A DNA stretch of 64,000 nt from Vulcanimicrobiota bacterium (GTDB lineage: Bacteria > Vulcanimicrobiota > Xenobia > Xenobiales > JADMJV01): positions 22,752-86,751 of the forward strand of contig JAFKGI010000028.1 of assembly GCA_017307785.1 (NCBI GenBank), read 5' to 3'. A model generated the notes under the pieces. The model had not been told where the DNA came from and made no database searches. It saw nothing but the letters and a program-made list of their open reading frames with translations. Of the stretch, positions 7,718 to 17,568 are shown piece by piece. Each line of letters begins with the position of its first letter. The stretch's first letter is position 1. The position numbers and the translations under genes were made by a program.

Positions 7718-8953
7718 CTACTTCTTCAGATACTGACCGGCACGAGCCGAATCCAGGGCACTCGCGGGCGAGTGCCCTTTTAGATCCAGCTGCCTGGCCG
7801 CCAGTTGGTCGGCCACGAAAGCTTCCACCTGGGCATTGGTCCAATCCGGCTGTTTCTCGTGGGTATCGGCCAGCACCGCGCCCAGCCGGGGCGCGGCAAA
7901 AGACGTGCCATAGTTGACCAGCTTCTCCGGATGATCGTGATCCACGTAGGCGTCGCCGTCCGCGTAAAAGTCGATGCCGCTGTCGTAGTTGGTGTATTCG
8001 GTCACCTGCCGCTGGCCGTCGCGCATACGGGTCGCGCCCACCGTCACCACACTGTCGCTGGCCAGCCGGTTGCGCCAGAAGTCGGGCGAGACCTGAACTC
8101 TGGCACCATCGGCATCGGCGGCAAAGTGGTCGAGCACCTCACCCGAATTGGCCGCGGCCACCACCACGCTCACTTTGCGTTCGGCCAGTTGGGCCACCAC
8201 CGACTCATAGTCGTCTTGGGCCTGGTGAACGGTCGGATGCGTGCGCACCGCCTCATCGACCAGATCGACCAGCTTCTGCTGCAGATGCAGGCGAGCGGGA
8301 CCGCGCACCGCCGGATCGGAGCTGGTCAGCTCTTCGACCTTCGAATCCAGTCCCGGCGCGATCTTGGCCAGACGCCTGCCGGCCAATCCAGAGGCCACCG
8401 GATCGCCCGCGCTGAAAGCCGGGCTGATTCGCGCGTAGATGGCTTCGGCCGCCTGGGCCGGACTGCAGCCGCGCGAAAGATTGATGGCCGAGTGATGGGC
8501 TCCTTCGTCCAGAAACTTGCGCAAATCCTGAGTGGCCGACTGGGTCTGTCCGGCTACGCACTGCATCGAATAGTCACTGAGAAACTGGCGCATTTCTTCC
8601 GGGCTGAATTGGCGCTGGTCCAAATGCGAATCGAGACGCCGAGACTTGCGCGTAAGAGGGTTCTCCGGCACTTCCGAGCGCACCACTTCTCCCTCGAAGC
8701 CCAGCTGTCGGGCTGAACGGTAGACGATTTCCCCGTGAGGAATGTCGCCTGGTCCATTGCTCTCGAAAAAGTCCGACAGATAGAGCGTGCCGGGCTGGGG
8801 CTGCTGAATTTGCACCTGGGCCTGTGCCGGGGCGGACGTCAGAGCCGCCAATCCGGAGCCGGCCACGAAGGCACCACCGGCCAGTTTGCGCAGCAAAGAC
8901 TCGTCTCGGCGCGGGGTCTGTTCGGCCCGGTCCAGGGAACTGGGGGGGCGCAT
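7718..8953 (-). CDS. subtilisin-like S8 serine peptidase (probably exported)
   Basis: Asp (YLSDFF), His (IPHGEIV), oxyanion Asn (SAINLS) and Ser (YGTSFAAP) motifs occur in S8 order. The N-terminus MRPPSSLDRAEQTPRRDESLLRKLAGGAFVAGSGLAALTSAPAQA looks signal/Tat-like. The first ATG (8977) lies inside the nadC terminator hairpin, so I prefer the second ATG (8953). Confidence 0.75.
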   Translation of the reverse strand: MRPPSSLDRAEQTPRRDESLLRKLAGGAFVAGSGLAALTSAPAQAQVQIQQPQPGTLYLSDFFESNGPGDIPHGEIVYRSARQLGFEGEVVRSEVPENPLTRKSRRLDSHLDQRQFSPEEMRQFLSDYSMQCVAGQTQSATQDLRKFLDEGAHHSAINLSRGCSPAQAAEAIYARISPAFSAGDPVASGLAGRRLAKIAPGLDSKVEELTSSDPAVRGPARLHLQQKLVDLVDEAVRTHPTVHQAQDDYESVVAQLAERKVSVVVAAANSGEVLDHFAADADGARVQVSPDFWRNRLASDSVVTVGATRMRDGQRQVTEYTNYDSGIDFYADGDAYVDHDHPEKLVNYGTSFAAPRLGAVLADTHEKQPDWTNAQVEAFVADQLAARQLDLKGHSPASALDSARAGQYLKK

Positions 8954-8956
8954 ACG

Positions 8957-8993
8957 AGAAAAAGGGCTAAGCTGCATACCGGCAGCTTAGCCC
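8957..8993 (-). terminator. Rho-independent terminator of the nadABC operon
   Basis: 12-bp perfect stem (GGGCTAAGCTGC 8964-8975 / GCAGCTTAGCCC 8982-8993) with a 6-nt loop. On the minus strand it is followed by TTTTTCT. Confidence 0.75.
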
Positions 8994-9016
8994 CAAAGAC
9001 TGAAAGAACGTTGAAT

Positions 9017-9904
<888 letters not shown>

Positions 9905-9909
9905 CGTTT

Positions 9910-11457
9910 TCAAAGGCTCCTTGCCAGAAGATCGGGGGTGGACAGGTTCGCCTGCAGAGTCTGCAGCTGAACGGCCTGTCCGGGGACGAGCAGAGTATGG
10001 CCGGCCCAGTGCGGGCTGGTCTGGGTGTAGTCGAGACGACGGTGGGCGCCGCGGCTTTCCCGGCGGAACAGGCCGGAGCTGACCATCAGCGAGGCCACCG
10101 TGTGGGCGGTGGAACCGCAGGCGGTCAGGCGGTCGCGCAGTCGCTCCAGAGCGGCCAGAGCCTTTTCCATTCCCTGCTGGGAACGAGCCAGGCCCAAACC
10201 GGACCAGAGAATTTCCCGCACGCGCGCCATCGCCAGCGGATCCTGACGAAGCTCTACTTGCGGCGCGGTCGGCAGGCAGGCGGCCTGGCGGAAGTCGGCG
10301 TCGGCCAGAGCCTGACCGACCCGATGTCCGAAGACCAGGCCTTCCAGCAGCGAGTTGGAGGCCAACCGATTGGCGCCGTGCACGCCCGTGCTCGACACCT
10401 CTCCGCAGGCCCACAGTCCCTGCACGCTGGTGCGTCCCCACAGGTCGACGGCCACGCCGCCCATGTGGTAATGCACCGCCGGAGTGACCGGCAGCGGCTG
10501 CACGGCCGGGTCAAATCCAGCCTTCAGACACAGCTCATGCACTTGGCCGAAGCGCTGGGCCACCGGCAGGGCACGGGCATCCAGCAGAGTCTGGTGACCG
10601 CGCTGGCGATGCTGCCACAGGGCAAAAGCCACCACGTCGCGCGGCGCCAGTTCGGCAGCCGGGTGATACTGAGCCATAAAAGCTTCGCCGGTTTCATCGA
10701 TAAGTCTGGCACCCTCGCCGCGCAAAGCTTCGGTAAGCAGCGGCAGATTGGCGCCGTGTCCCTGAACCGCCAGCGCGGTGGGATGAAACTGCACGAACTC
10801 CATGTCGCGTAGCTGGGCGCCGGCCTCGTAGGCCAGGGCCAGACCCTGACCTTCGGCACCGGCCGGGTTGGTGGTGGCCGCGAACAGCTGCCCGACCCCA
10901 CCGCTGGCCAGCACCACCTGCGGAGCGGCCAGACTGCGCTGACCGTCCAGCTGAACGCCCACGACCCGGGACCCCTGCACCAGGATGCGCGTCAGCTGAC
11001 CGTAGATGAGCTCGACCGATTCGGGCAGAGCGCGGGCCAGGGCCCGCGCCATCTCCCGGCCGCTGGCGTCACCGCAGTGCACCACCCGGCGGCGCTGGTG
11101 AGCGGCCTCGCGGGTCAGCTCCAGCGTGCCGTCGGCGTGCTTGTCAAAGTCGGCTCCCAGCTCAAGCAGTTCCTGGATGCGCAAAGGACCTTCGCTGGTC
11201 AGCGCGTCCACCGCGTCCTGGCGACACAGACCCGCGCCCGCCGCCAGGGTATCCTGCGTGTGCAGGGCCGGGCTGTCATCCTGACCCCAGGCCACGGCCA
11301 CGCCGCCCTGTGCCCAGGGAGTAGCGCCGGCCTGACCGGGAGCCTGCAAAGTCACCAGGCCAACCCGGAGCTGAGGAGCCTGCGCCTGCAGGCTGTGAAC
11401 GACCGACATACCGGCTACGCCGGCGCCGATCACGAGAACATCGAAACGGTCAGACAT
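9910..11457 (-). CDS. nadB: L-aspartate oxidase
   Basis: 515 aa from MSDRFDVLVIGAGVAGMS (FAD GxGxxG). It has HPTAL, RGEGA and HYHMGGV motifs. The start overlaps the nadA stop as TAATG. Confidence 0.9.
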   Translation of the reverse strand: MSDRFDVLVIGAGVAGMSVVHSLQAQAPQLRVGLVTLQAPGQAGATPWAQGGVAVAWGQDDSPALHTQDTLAAGAGLCRQDAVDALTSEGPLRIQELLELGADFDKHADGTLELTREAAHQRRRVVHCGDASGREMARALARALPESVELIYGQLTRILVQGSRVVGVQLDGQRSLAAPQVVLASGGVGQLFAATTNPAGAEGQGLALAYEAGAQLRDMEFVQFHPTALAVQGHGANLPLLTEALRGEGARLIDETGEAFMAQYHPAAELAPRDVVAFALWQHRQRGHQTLLDARALPVAQRFGQVHELCLKAGFDPAVQPLPVTPAVHYHMGGVAVDLWGRTSVQGLWACGEVSSTGVHGANRLASNSLLEGLVFGHRVGQALADADFRQAACLPTAPQVELRQDPLAMARVREILWSGLGLARSQQGMEKALAALERLRDRLTACGSTAHTVASLMVSSGLFRRESRGAHRRLDYTQTSPHWAGHTLLVPGQAVQLQTLQANLSTPDLLARSL

Positions 11458-12452
11458 TACTTGCCTTCCTGTCTGCCCACCGCCAGCATACGCTCGACGG
11501 CGGTGCGAGCGCGCTCGGCCAGGGCCGGGTCGATCTCGACCGGGACCTGCATCGTTTCCAGGCTGCGCACAATCTTCTGCAGGGTGATCCGCTTCATGTG
11601 CGGACACAGGTTGCAGGGACGAACGAATTCGGTCTCGGGAAACTGGGAGACCAGATTGTCGCTCATCGAACATTCGGTGATGAGAGCCACCTTGACGGGG
11701 CGCTCGCGTCGCAGGAAGTCGACCATCCCGGCGGTGGAGCCGGACATGTCGGCTTCATCGCAGACTTCCGGCGGGCACTCGGGGTGAGCCACCAGGGTGA
11801 CGCCCGGGTAGTTGGCGCGAATCTCGCGCAGGTCGTCGGGGGTGAACTGTTCGTGGACTTCGCAGCTGCCCGGGTGGGTGATGATCTCCACGCCCGTTTC
11901 GCGAGCCACGTTGGCGGCCAGGTACTGGTCGGGGATGAAGATGACGCGGGGCACGCCCAGCGACTCGACCACCTTGAGGGCATTGCCCGAAGTGCAGCAG
12001 ATGTCGCTTTCGGCCTTGACCTCGGCGCTGGTGTTGACGTAAGTCACCACCGGCACGCCCGGATACTGAGCGCGCAACTTGCGCACGTCGGCGCCGGTGA
12101 TGGACTCGGCCAGTGAACAGCCGGCGCGGATGTCGGGAATGAGCACCGTCGCCTGCGGGCAGAGCAGCTTGGTGGTCTCGGCCATAAAGTGGACGCCGGC
12201 CATCACGATGACTTCGGCCGAGCTCTGAGCCGCCTGTTGGGCCAGGGCCAGCGAGTCACCGGTGAAGTCGGCCACGCCGTAATAAATTTCGGGGGTCTGG
12301 TAATTGTGGGCCAGAATGACGGCCTTCTTCTCGGCCTTCAACTGCCAGATGCGCTCGATCAGGGGGACCATGGTTGCCCACTCGACCGCGGGGATCTGGT
12401 GCTTCACGCGATCGTAGATTTGTTCAAGGTTCGGAGTGGTGATGGTGGGCAT
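11457..12452 (-). CDS. nadA: quinolinate synthase
   Basis: 331 aa with AHNYQ, VHFMAET, YVNTSA and CPHM-type motifs. SD GAGGT lies 8 nt upstream of the ATG. Confidence 0.9.
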   Translation of the reverse strand: MPTITTPNLEQIYDRVKHQIPAVEWATMVPLIERIWQLKAEKKAVILAHNYQTPEIYYGVADFTGDSLALAQQAAQSSAEVIVMAGVHFMAETTKLLCPQATVLIPDIRAGCSLAESITGADVRKLRAQYPGVPVVTYVNTSAEVKAESDICCTSGNALKVVESLGVPRVIFIPDQYLAANVARETGVEIITHPGSCEVHEQFTPDDLREIRANYPGVTLVAHPECPPEVCDEADMSGSTAGMVDFLRRERPVKVALITECSMSDNLVSQFPETEFVRPCNLCPHMKRITLQKIVRSLETMQVPVEIDPALAERARTAVERMLAVGRQEGK

Positions 12453-12505
12453 ATCGGATTACCTCGGCTTCTTATACTCAATCAGAGCATATCTTCTACC
12501 CGGTT

Positions 12506-12550
12506 ATCCTAACTTTGAGCATAAGGACTTGTCAACACTTTGAGCATAAG
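12506..12550 (-). promoter_or_regulatory. nadA promoter with flanking 14-bp direct-repeat operator candidates
   Basis: On the minus strand: perfect -35 TTGACA (plus 12530-12535), an 18-nt spacer, then TAGGAT (plus 12506-12511). The 14-mer CTTATGCTCAAAGT occurs twice (plus 12512-12525 and 12537-12550), bracketing the -35. Confidence 0.5.
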
Positions 12551-12555
12551 TTGGA

Positions 12556-14388
12556 CTAAATCTTTAGATCGGAAAGCGCCAGACAAGTCTGAGAGTAGAT
12601 CAGAGCCAGCGGAGTCAATTCCAGCTCGGGGCACTTCTGAAAGTCCTCGATGGCCTCCCGATGCCGGCCCAACCGCTGGCGCAACAGGCCTCGATTGAGC
12701 AGGTCCAGACTGCGTCCATCGCCTAACTCCACTACCAGATCCAGAGCGGCCAGGGCCAGTTGTGAGTCTCGAACATAGATGGCCCCGGCCAGAGCGCGCA
12801 AATTGGCCAACCTCGTGGAAATCATAAAAAGCGGCCAGAATCGGCTCTCACGGCCCAATCCCGGGCGGAGCCGCTCGGCGTCGGCCAGTTCCGAACGCAA
12901 GCACTCCACCTCCGTCCTCCCGGAACGGTCTTGGGGAAGCCACTCCCAACCCAGACGTCGCGGACTGGTCTCTCCGGGGAGTTCGTTGCGCAGCGTCGTA
13001 AAAACCGGCAACCCTCCCTCGTGAAAAGCCCGCGCCAGGTCTTCCACCTTGGGCCGACCCGCCGCGTAAGGCTGCACCCAGGCCGGCAGCCCACGCTGAA
13101 ACCAGAGGGCGCTATACAGCCCTTTGCAGACCACCGGCACCTCGGTTCGGTAGCCCTCAACTTGCTGGACATAGGCCAGAGCTCCCACCGGCAGATCACC
13201 GGTCACCACCAACAGAGAGCCGGGCTTGCAGTTGTCCAGCAACTGGCGGCCGTAGCTGGCCACCAGCTCGCGCCCGTCCAGCCGGCAGGCCGGCAGATTG
13301 CTGCGAAACTGCCACCCCAGCAACAGCGCCGCCAACAACAGCGCCCTTCGGGCTCCGATCCGGCGTGCCAGTTCGGCTGTCCCCAGTCCGGCCAGCAAAG
13401 CCAGTCCCAGGTAAGAACTGGCGTAGAAACGCTCCAGCATATCCAGGTGGAAGGTGTCGAGCCGTTGCCGCCCGATCAGCGCGAAAAAGGGTCCGAAGGC
13501 GATCAGCCAGCCCCAACCTAACCTCCACAAGCCCGCCTGGCGGCGCCCGCCCAGCAAACCGCCCCAGATGGCCAGCAGCACCCAGACCAGCGGAGCCTGC
13601 CGAGCGTAGGTGAAAAGCACGTAGGCGGCTCCGTGCACGACGCCGTGTTCCAGCCCATCGGGCTTGTTGGTCAGCCGGAACGTCCCGTAAGACCTGCGCA
13701 GAAAATGTCCCAGCACGTCATCGAAGCTGCGTAAGCCTCCCCAGTTCAGCCCCGGTTCGCCTTGAGCCCGCCACCACATGTCGGTATACAGGACCAGCGC
13801 CACCAGCACGGTGGCCGCCCAGGCAGGGGTCAGCAGCACGCGTCGCCAGTGTGGCCAGGCCATCCACAACAAGCCCGGCAGCGCCAGCACGAAAGTGTGA
13901 TGATGAGCCAACCCCAGGCCCAAACAGGCGTAAAAGGCCCACAACCAGCGTTTCTCCTCGGGGTGCTCCAGCACTCGCCATCCCAGCCAGCCCAGGCCCA
14001 TGGTGATGGCAAAATGCAGTCCGAAAACTTCGGCAATCACCGCCTGTCCCCACACCGAGCCTAAAAAGGCGAAGCCCAGTCCGGCCACCAGCGTAGCCGC
14101 TGCCGAACCGGTGGCGCGCCGCACCAGATCGGCCAGCAATCCGGCCGCCAGGGCCGTGCAGAAACCGCTGAACAAGTTGATGCGCCAACCATAGTCCCCA
14201 CCCCAAAGCCCACCCCAGAGGTGGGCCAGACGCACAAACAGCGGATACCCGGGCGGATGCGCCACCCCCAGGCAATAGGCCGCCACCGTCAACTCCCCAC
14301 TATCATGCCCCGGCCCCACCGAAGGCGCCGCCGTCCACCCAAAAACCCCAAAAGCCAGCAGAAAAACCAACACCGGCATCACGGGCAT
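12556..14388 (-). CDS. DUF2723 / TMEM260-like GT-C fold glycosyltransferase with C-terminal TPR-like region
   Basis: 610 aa. The N-terminal signature GHDSGELTVAAYCLGVAHPPGYPLF and a polytopic membrane body are typical of DUF2723 proteins. Confidence 0.8.
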   Translation of the reverse strand: MPVMPVLVFLLAFGVFGWTAAPSVGPGHDSGELTVAAYCLGVAHPPGYPLFVRLAHLWGGLWGGDYGWRINLFSGFCTALAAGLLADLVRRATGSAAATLVAGLGFAFLGSVWGQAVIAEVFGLHFAITMGLGWLGWRVLEHPEEKRWLWAFYACLGLGLAHHHTFVLALPGLLWMAWPHWRRVLLTPAWAATVLVALVLYTDMWWRAQGEPGLNWGGLRSFDDVLGHFLRRSYGTFRLTNKPDGLEHGVVHGAAYVLFTYARQAPLVWVLLAIWGGLLGGRRQAGLWRLGWGWLIAFGPFFALIGRQRLDTFHLDMLERFYASSYLGLALLAGLGTAELARRIGARRALLLAALLLGWQFRSNLPACRLDGRELVASYGRQLLDNCKPGSLLVVTGDLPVGALAYVQQVEGYRTEVPVVCKGLYSALWFQRGLPAWVQPYAAGRPKVEDLARAFHEGGLPVFTTLRNELPGETSPRRLGWEWLPQDRSGRTEVECLRSELADAERLRPGLGRESRFWPLFMISTRLANLRALAGAIYVRDSQLALAALDLVVELGDGRSLDLLNRGLLRQRLGRHREAIEDFQKCPELELTPLALIYSQTCLALSDLKI

Positions 14389-14400
14389 TGGTTCGGCCTA

Positions 14401-14548
14401 GAAGGGAAAGCGGGAAAGAAGGGAGAGCTGGAAAGAGCCCGGCCCATCGCGTTTTTTACGAAATAGGGACCCGACCACCCCTCAAAAAGGCTTGAGAAAG
14501 ACCCTCTCCCGCTCTCCAACCTTCCCACCTTTCCCTTCGGCAACCAGT
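14401..14548. repeat. dispersed-repeat copy (purine-rich arm ... pyrimidine-rich T arm) abutting the kinase stop codon
   Basis: GAAGGGAAAG (14401-14410) pairs with CTTTCCCTTC (14529-14538). The segment 14501-14548 (ctctcccgctctccaaccttcccacctttcccttcggcaaccagtc) matches 43851-43900 and 44071-44120. Confidence 0.6.
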
Positions 14549-16864
14549 CTAGGCGTTCAGGGGGAGGGCGACGATGAAGTGGGTGCCCTGGCCGGGTTGG
14601 GATTTGCAGCTGAGGGTGCCGCCGTGCTGTTGCACCAGTTCCAGCGAGGTGGACAGGCCCAGGCCGGTGCCCTCGCCGATAGCTTTGGTCGTGTAAAACG
14701 GATCGAAGATGCGCTGGCGGGTTTCCTCGCTCATGCCGCAGCCGTAGTCTTTGACGTGGATCAGGGCTTGCTCGTTGCGCTTCTCCAACCACATCTCGAT
14801 GCGCTTGAGCTGGGCTCCCGGCGTGCCACAAGCGTCCTTGGCGTTGATCAGCAGATTGCTGAAAACCTGCTGCAGCTCATTGGAATTGGCCTCGATCACG
14901 ACGGTGGGCCCGGGCGCGACCTCCACTTCCACTCCGGTCAGCTTCAGGGTGTGGGCCACCAGCTGGAAACTGTCGTCCATGACCTTGTGCAGGTCCACCC
15001 GGGAACGCATGCCGCGGCTGTCGCGACTGTAAGACAGTAGCTTGGAAATAATACCGCGCATCTGGTCGATGGATTCCAGAGCTTTCTCCAAACGCTTGCG
15101 CGACTTCTCGGGATTGTCGGCCACCGTCTCAATCGACAGCTCGACGGCAATCGATACGGCTCCCAACGGAGTATTCAATTCGTGGGCCACGCCGGCCGCC
15201 AGTTGACCGATGGCCGCCAGCTTGGAAGACTGAACCACCTGAGCTTGCGAAGTCTTTACCTGCTCCAAAGCCACGACCAGGCGCTTGTTCAGCTCGGCCC
15301 CTTCCAACAAGCAGGCAAACTGCACCGAGAACAGGCGCAGCAACTCGGTATCCACCAGCAGCAGCGGTTTGGGCGCATCGCCCAGCAGCAGCAGCTGGCC
15401 CTCCCCCATCGTGCCGGCCTGCAATCGGAAGGTGTAGCGCGGCGGATCCATAGCCAGGGCCCCGGATTTATACAGCTGCTCGCGCCAACGCACCTCCACC
15501 TGGAAGCCGGGAACCAGCTCGGGCAGGCGGCGCTGGGCCGTCTCCACCAACTCTTCCACGCTGCGACAAGAAACCAGCTGTCCCAAAAGATCCAGAGTAG
15601 CCGTCAGCCGGGTTGCCAGTTGATCCAGCTCGTAGCGCCGGGTCTGTTCGTCAGCCAGCACTCGCGACTGCATCTCGCGATAGCGAACCGCATCCAGACA
15701 CATCGGCAGATGGTGAGCCAGACGCAGCAATAGATGATGATGCGAAGGCTCCCAGCGCATCTGGGTATCGCTAACCACCAGCAGTCCTCGCTCGGGAATG
15801 TGCGCGGCCAGATGAAAAACCCCGTTCGCTTTGACCTCTTGGGCCTTGAAACGTTCATGGGCCATCTGCTCGAGCGACTCGCGGCCGGGCTCCAATTCGT
15901 CGGCACCAAAGCCGGCGGTGGCGCGTAACGTGCCATTCTCCAGCTCATAGAGAGTGATGCGGGCACAGGGGATGGCCCGGCGCACAAAGCTCAACAAGGC
16001 CGGGCGCAGATCGGCGGGCGACTGGATCAGAGCCGTCTCCATAAACAATTCGCCCACCAGCGTCAGCACCCGATGCTGCAGTTCCACTTCCAGACGCTGC
16101 ATCTCCACCTGGCTCTGCAGCCGCTGAAGTTCGCGACCAGCCCTCTCCTGGCGCCGCTCGGTGCGCGCCTGTTTGCGTCCCTCGCTCTCGGCCGCCAGCA
16201 CCTGAATCTGCGCCGCCACCGTCACCGTGAGCAGAGGTAAGGTCGCCAACAGCACCCCTACCGCCTCCGGATTGCGGGCCACCAGAGTCGAGAGCACTCC
16301 CCCCAGCACGCACAGAAACATCACGGCCGTGACGCTACGCTCACGCGCCAGCGTCCATAGCGAAAGCTGGCGGGCAGGCACGGCCTGAGCGAAAAGACCC
16401 GGAAGGAACTGCCAGGAAAGAAAATAGACCAGGGTGCATGCAAACGGGCGAGCCGACTCGGGCGTATTCCAGGCGGCCAGTCCGGCCCACAGTTCCGGAA
16501 GCCCATCGGAGAGCAGGCTCAGAGAGGATTCCGAACGGGAGCGAGCACGGATGAATCGGATCAAAAGGCCCGCTCCGAGCAACAGCAACCAGGGAGCTCG
16601 TCCCAAACTTACGCAGCCCACCGTCACCAGCAACGCGCTGGCGGACAGCGGGAAGCGCCCAAATCCCGCCAGTCTGGGCGCCAACCCTTCCGCCAGCAGG
16701 TAGCCCAGCAAGGGGGCCGCCAGGGGGAGTCCGTCCGCCTGGTTAGGAGGGACCGGCCCCATCCGCGCCAGGGCCAGGATCAAAGTCAAAACCAGAGCCG
16801 CCAACGGCACCATCGGTGTCGTTAAAACCTGATCTTCGTCTTCTTCCAACTCCAGATTCTTCAA
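14549..16864 (-). CDS. polytopic sensor histidine kinase (GAF-like repeats, HisKA, HATPase_c)
   Basis: 771 aa with multiple N-terminal TM helices. H-box AAGVAHELNTPLG; N and G boxes SNLLINAKDA and GTGLGLSTS. The TTG start overlaps the upstream stop (TTGA). Confidence 0.85.
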   Translation of the reverse strand: MKNLELEEDEDQVLTTPMVPLAALVLTLILALARMGPVPPNQADGLPLAAPLLGYLLAEGLAPRLAGFGRFPLSASALLVTVGCVSLGRAPWLLLLGAGLLIRFIRARSRSESSLSLLSDGLPELWAGLAAWNTPESARPFACTLVYFLSWQFLPGLFAQAVPARQLSLWTLARERSVTAVMFLCVLGGVLSTLVARNPEAVGVLLATLPLLTVTVAAQIQVLAAESEGRKQARTERRQERAGRELQRLQSQVEMQRLEVELQHRVLTLVGELFMETALIQSPADLRPALLSFVRRAIPCARITLYELENGTLRATAGFGADELEPGRESLEQMAHERFKAQEVKANGVFHLAAHIPERGLLVVSDTQMRWEPSHHHLLLRLAHHLPMCLDAVRYREMQSRVLADEQTRRYELDQLATRLTATLDLLGQLVSCRSVEELVETAQRRLPELVPGFQVEVRWREQLYKSGALAMDPPRYTFRLQAGTMGEGQLLLLGDAPKPLLLVDTELLRLFSVQFACLLEGAELNKRLVVALEQVKTSQAQVVQSSKLAAIGQLAAGVAHELNTPLGAVSIAVELSIETVADNPEKSRKRLEKALESIDQMRGIISKLLSYSRDSRGMRSRVDLHKVMDDSFQLVAHTLKLTGVEVEVAPGPTVVIEANSNELQQVFSNLLINAKDACGTPGAQLKRIEMWLEKRNEQALIHVKDYGCGMSEETRQRIFDPFYTTKAIGEGTGLGLSTSLELVQQHGGTLSCKSQPGQGTHFIVALPLNA

Positions 16865-17568
16865 CGGGCCGTCCGTGAAGGAATGGTCAGCACGGTGAAA
16901 AGCCTCAAGCGGCGGGCTCTCTGTTGTACGGGGGCATTGGGGTCGAGCGAGCGGCGACCGTCGGTGACCTGCAATCCGCCCTGCAGCTCTCCATCTTTTT
17001 TGACGGTGGCGGTGGCCACATTCAGGTGAATCGTGTTGCCCACCGCGGCGAAAGTCACTCGGTCCAGGCCTTGGGCCAGAACCTGAGGCCTGGCGGTAGG
17101 GTCAACTTCGGGGAGGTCGGCCGGACTGCCCGGATTGAGGCGCTCGAGCAATAGCTGCTGCTTGGTCAGATCATAGCGAATCCGGTATCGGTAAGTTCCG
17201 CCGCCGCGCCGATTGAGGTAGTTGGTGGTCGCCTCGGGTTGGCTGCTGAAGCGCGGATCCAGGTAATCACAGCAGGAAGCAAAGTCGAGGCAGTAGATGT
17301 TGGGAAACTGCGTATCGTTCTCATAGCATTCCGGCACGGGAGAGTAGATCGATTGGGCGTTCACGATGACCGGACTGACGGCCGAGGCCGCGAAAGCCAG
17401 GCTGTCTTCGACCGCCATTCGACTGCTCTGCCCCAGAAACACCTGACTGCTGCTCAGCTCGAACTGCCGGGTGGACCCGCGCAGCAGCAAAAACAGCCCG
17501 GCCAGCACGATGACGCTCAGGCCCAGAGAGAAGAGAATTTCCACCAGAGAAAAGCCGCGACGCATCAT
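16861..17568 (-). CDS. pseudopilin with prepilin-type N-terminal cleavage/methylation signal
   Basis: 235 aa from the ATG at 17568 (MMRRGFSLVEILFSLGLSVIVLAG; G|FSLVE with Glu5). ATGA overlap with the upstream gene. Confidence 0.75.
   Translation of the reverse strand: MMRRGFSLVEILFSLGLSVIVLAGLFLLLRGSTRQFELSSSQVFLGQSSRMAVEDSLAFAASAVSPVIVNAQSIYSPVPECYENDTQFPNIYCLDFASCCDYLDPRFSSQPEATTNYLNRRGGGTYRYRIRYDLTKQQLLLERLNPGSPADLPEVDPTARPQVLAQGLDRVTFAAVGNTIHLNVATATVKKDGELQGGLQVTDGRRSLDPNAPVQQRARRLRLFTVLTIPSRTAR

Noticed and set aside
8954-8977. A shared N-terminal motif (LSPFSR..RPPSS versus LSPVNRPPAS) between the S8 protease and the 638-aa protein, as a possible novel export signal.
   Set aside because: The protease residues MQLSPFSR are encoded by the 3' arm and T-run of the nadC terminator, so they are probably not translated. 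The remaining similarity is short and Pro-rich, so it is not distinguishable from low-complexity chance.
12453-12505. NAD+ riboswitch (nadA motif) upstream of nadA.
   Set aside because: With the TTGACA/TAGGAT promoter, the 5' UTR is only about 45 nt. It shows no tandem stem-bulge domains, so DNA-level operator repeats are the better explanation.
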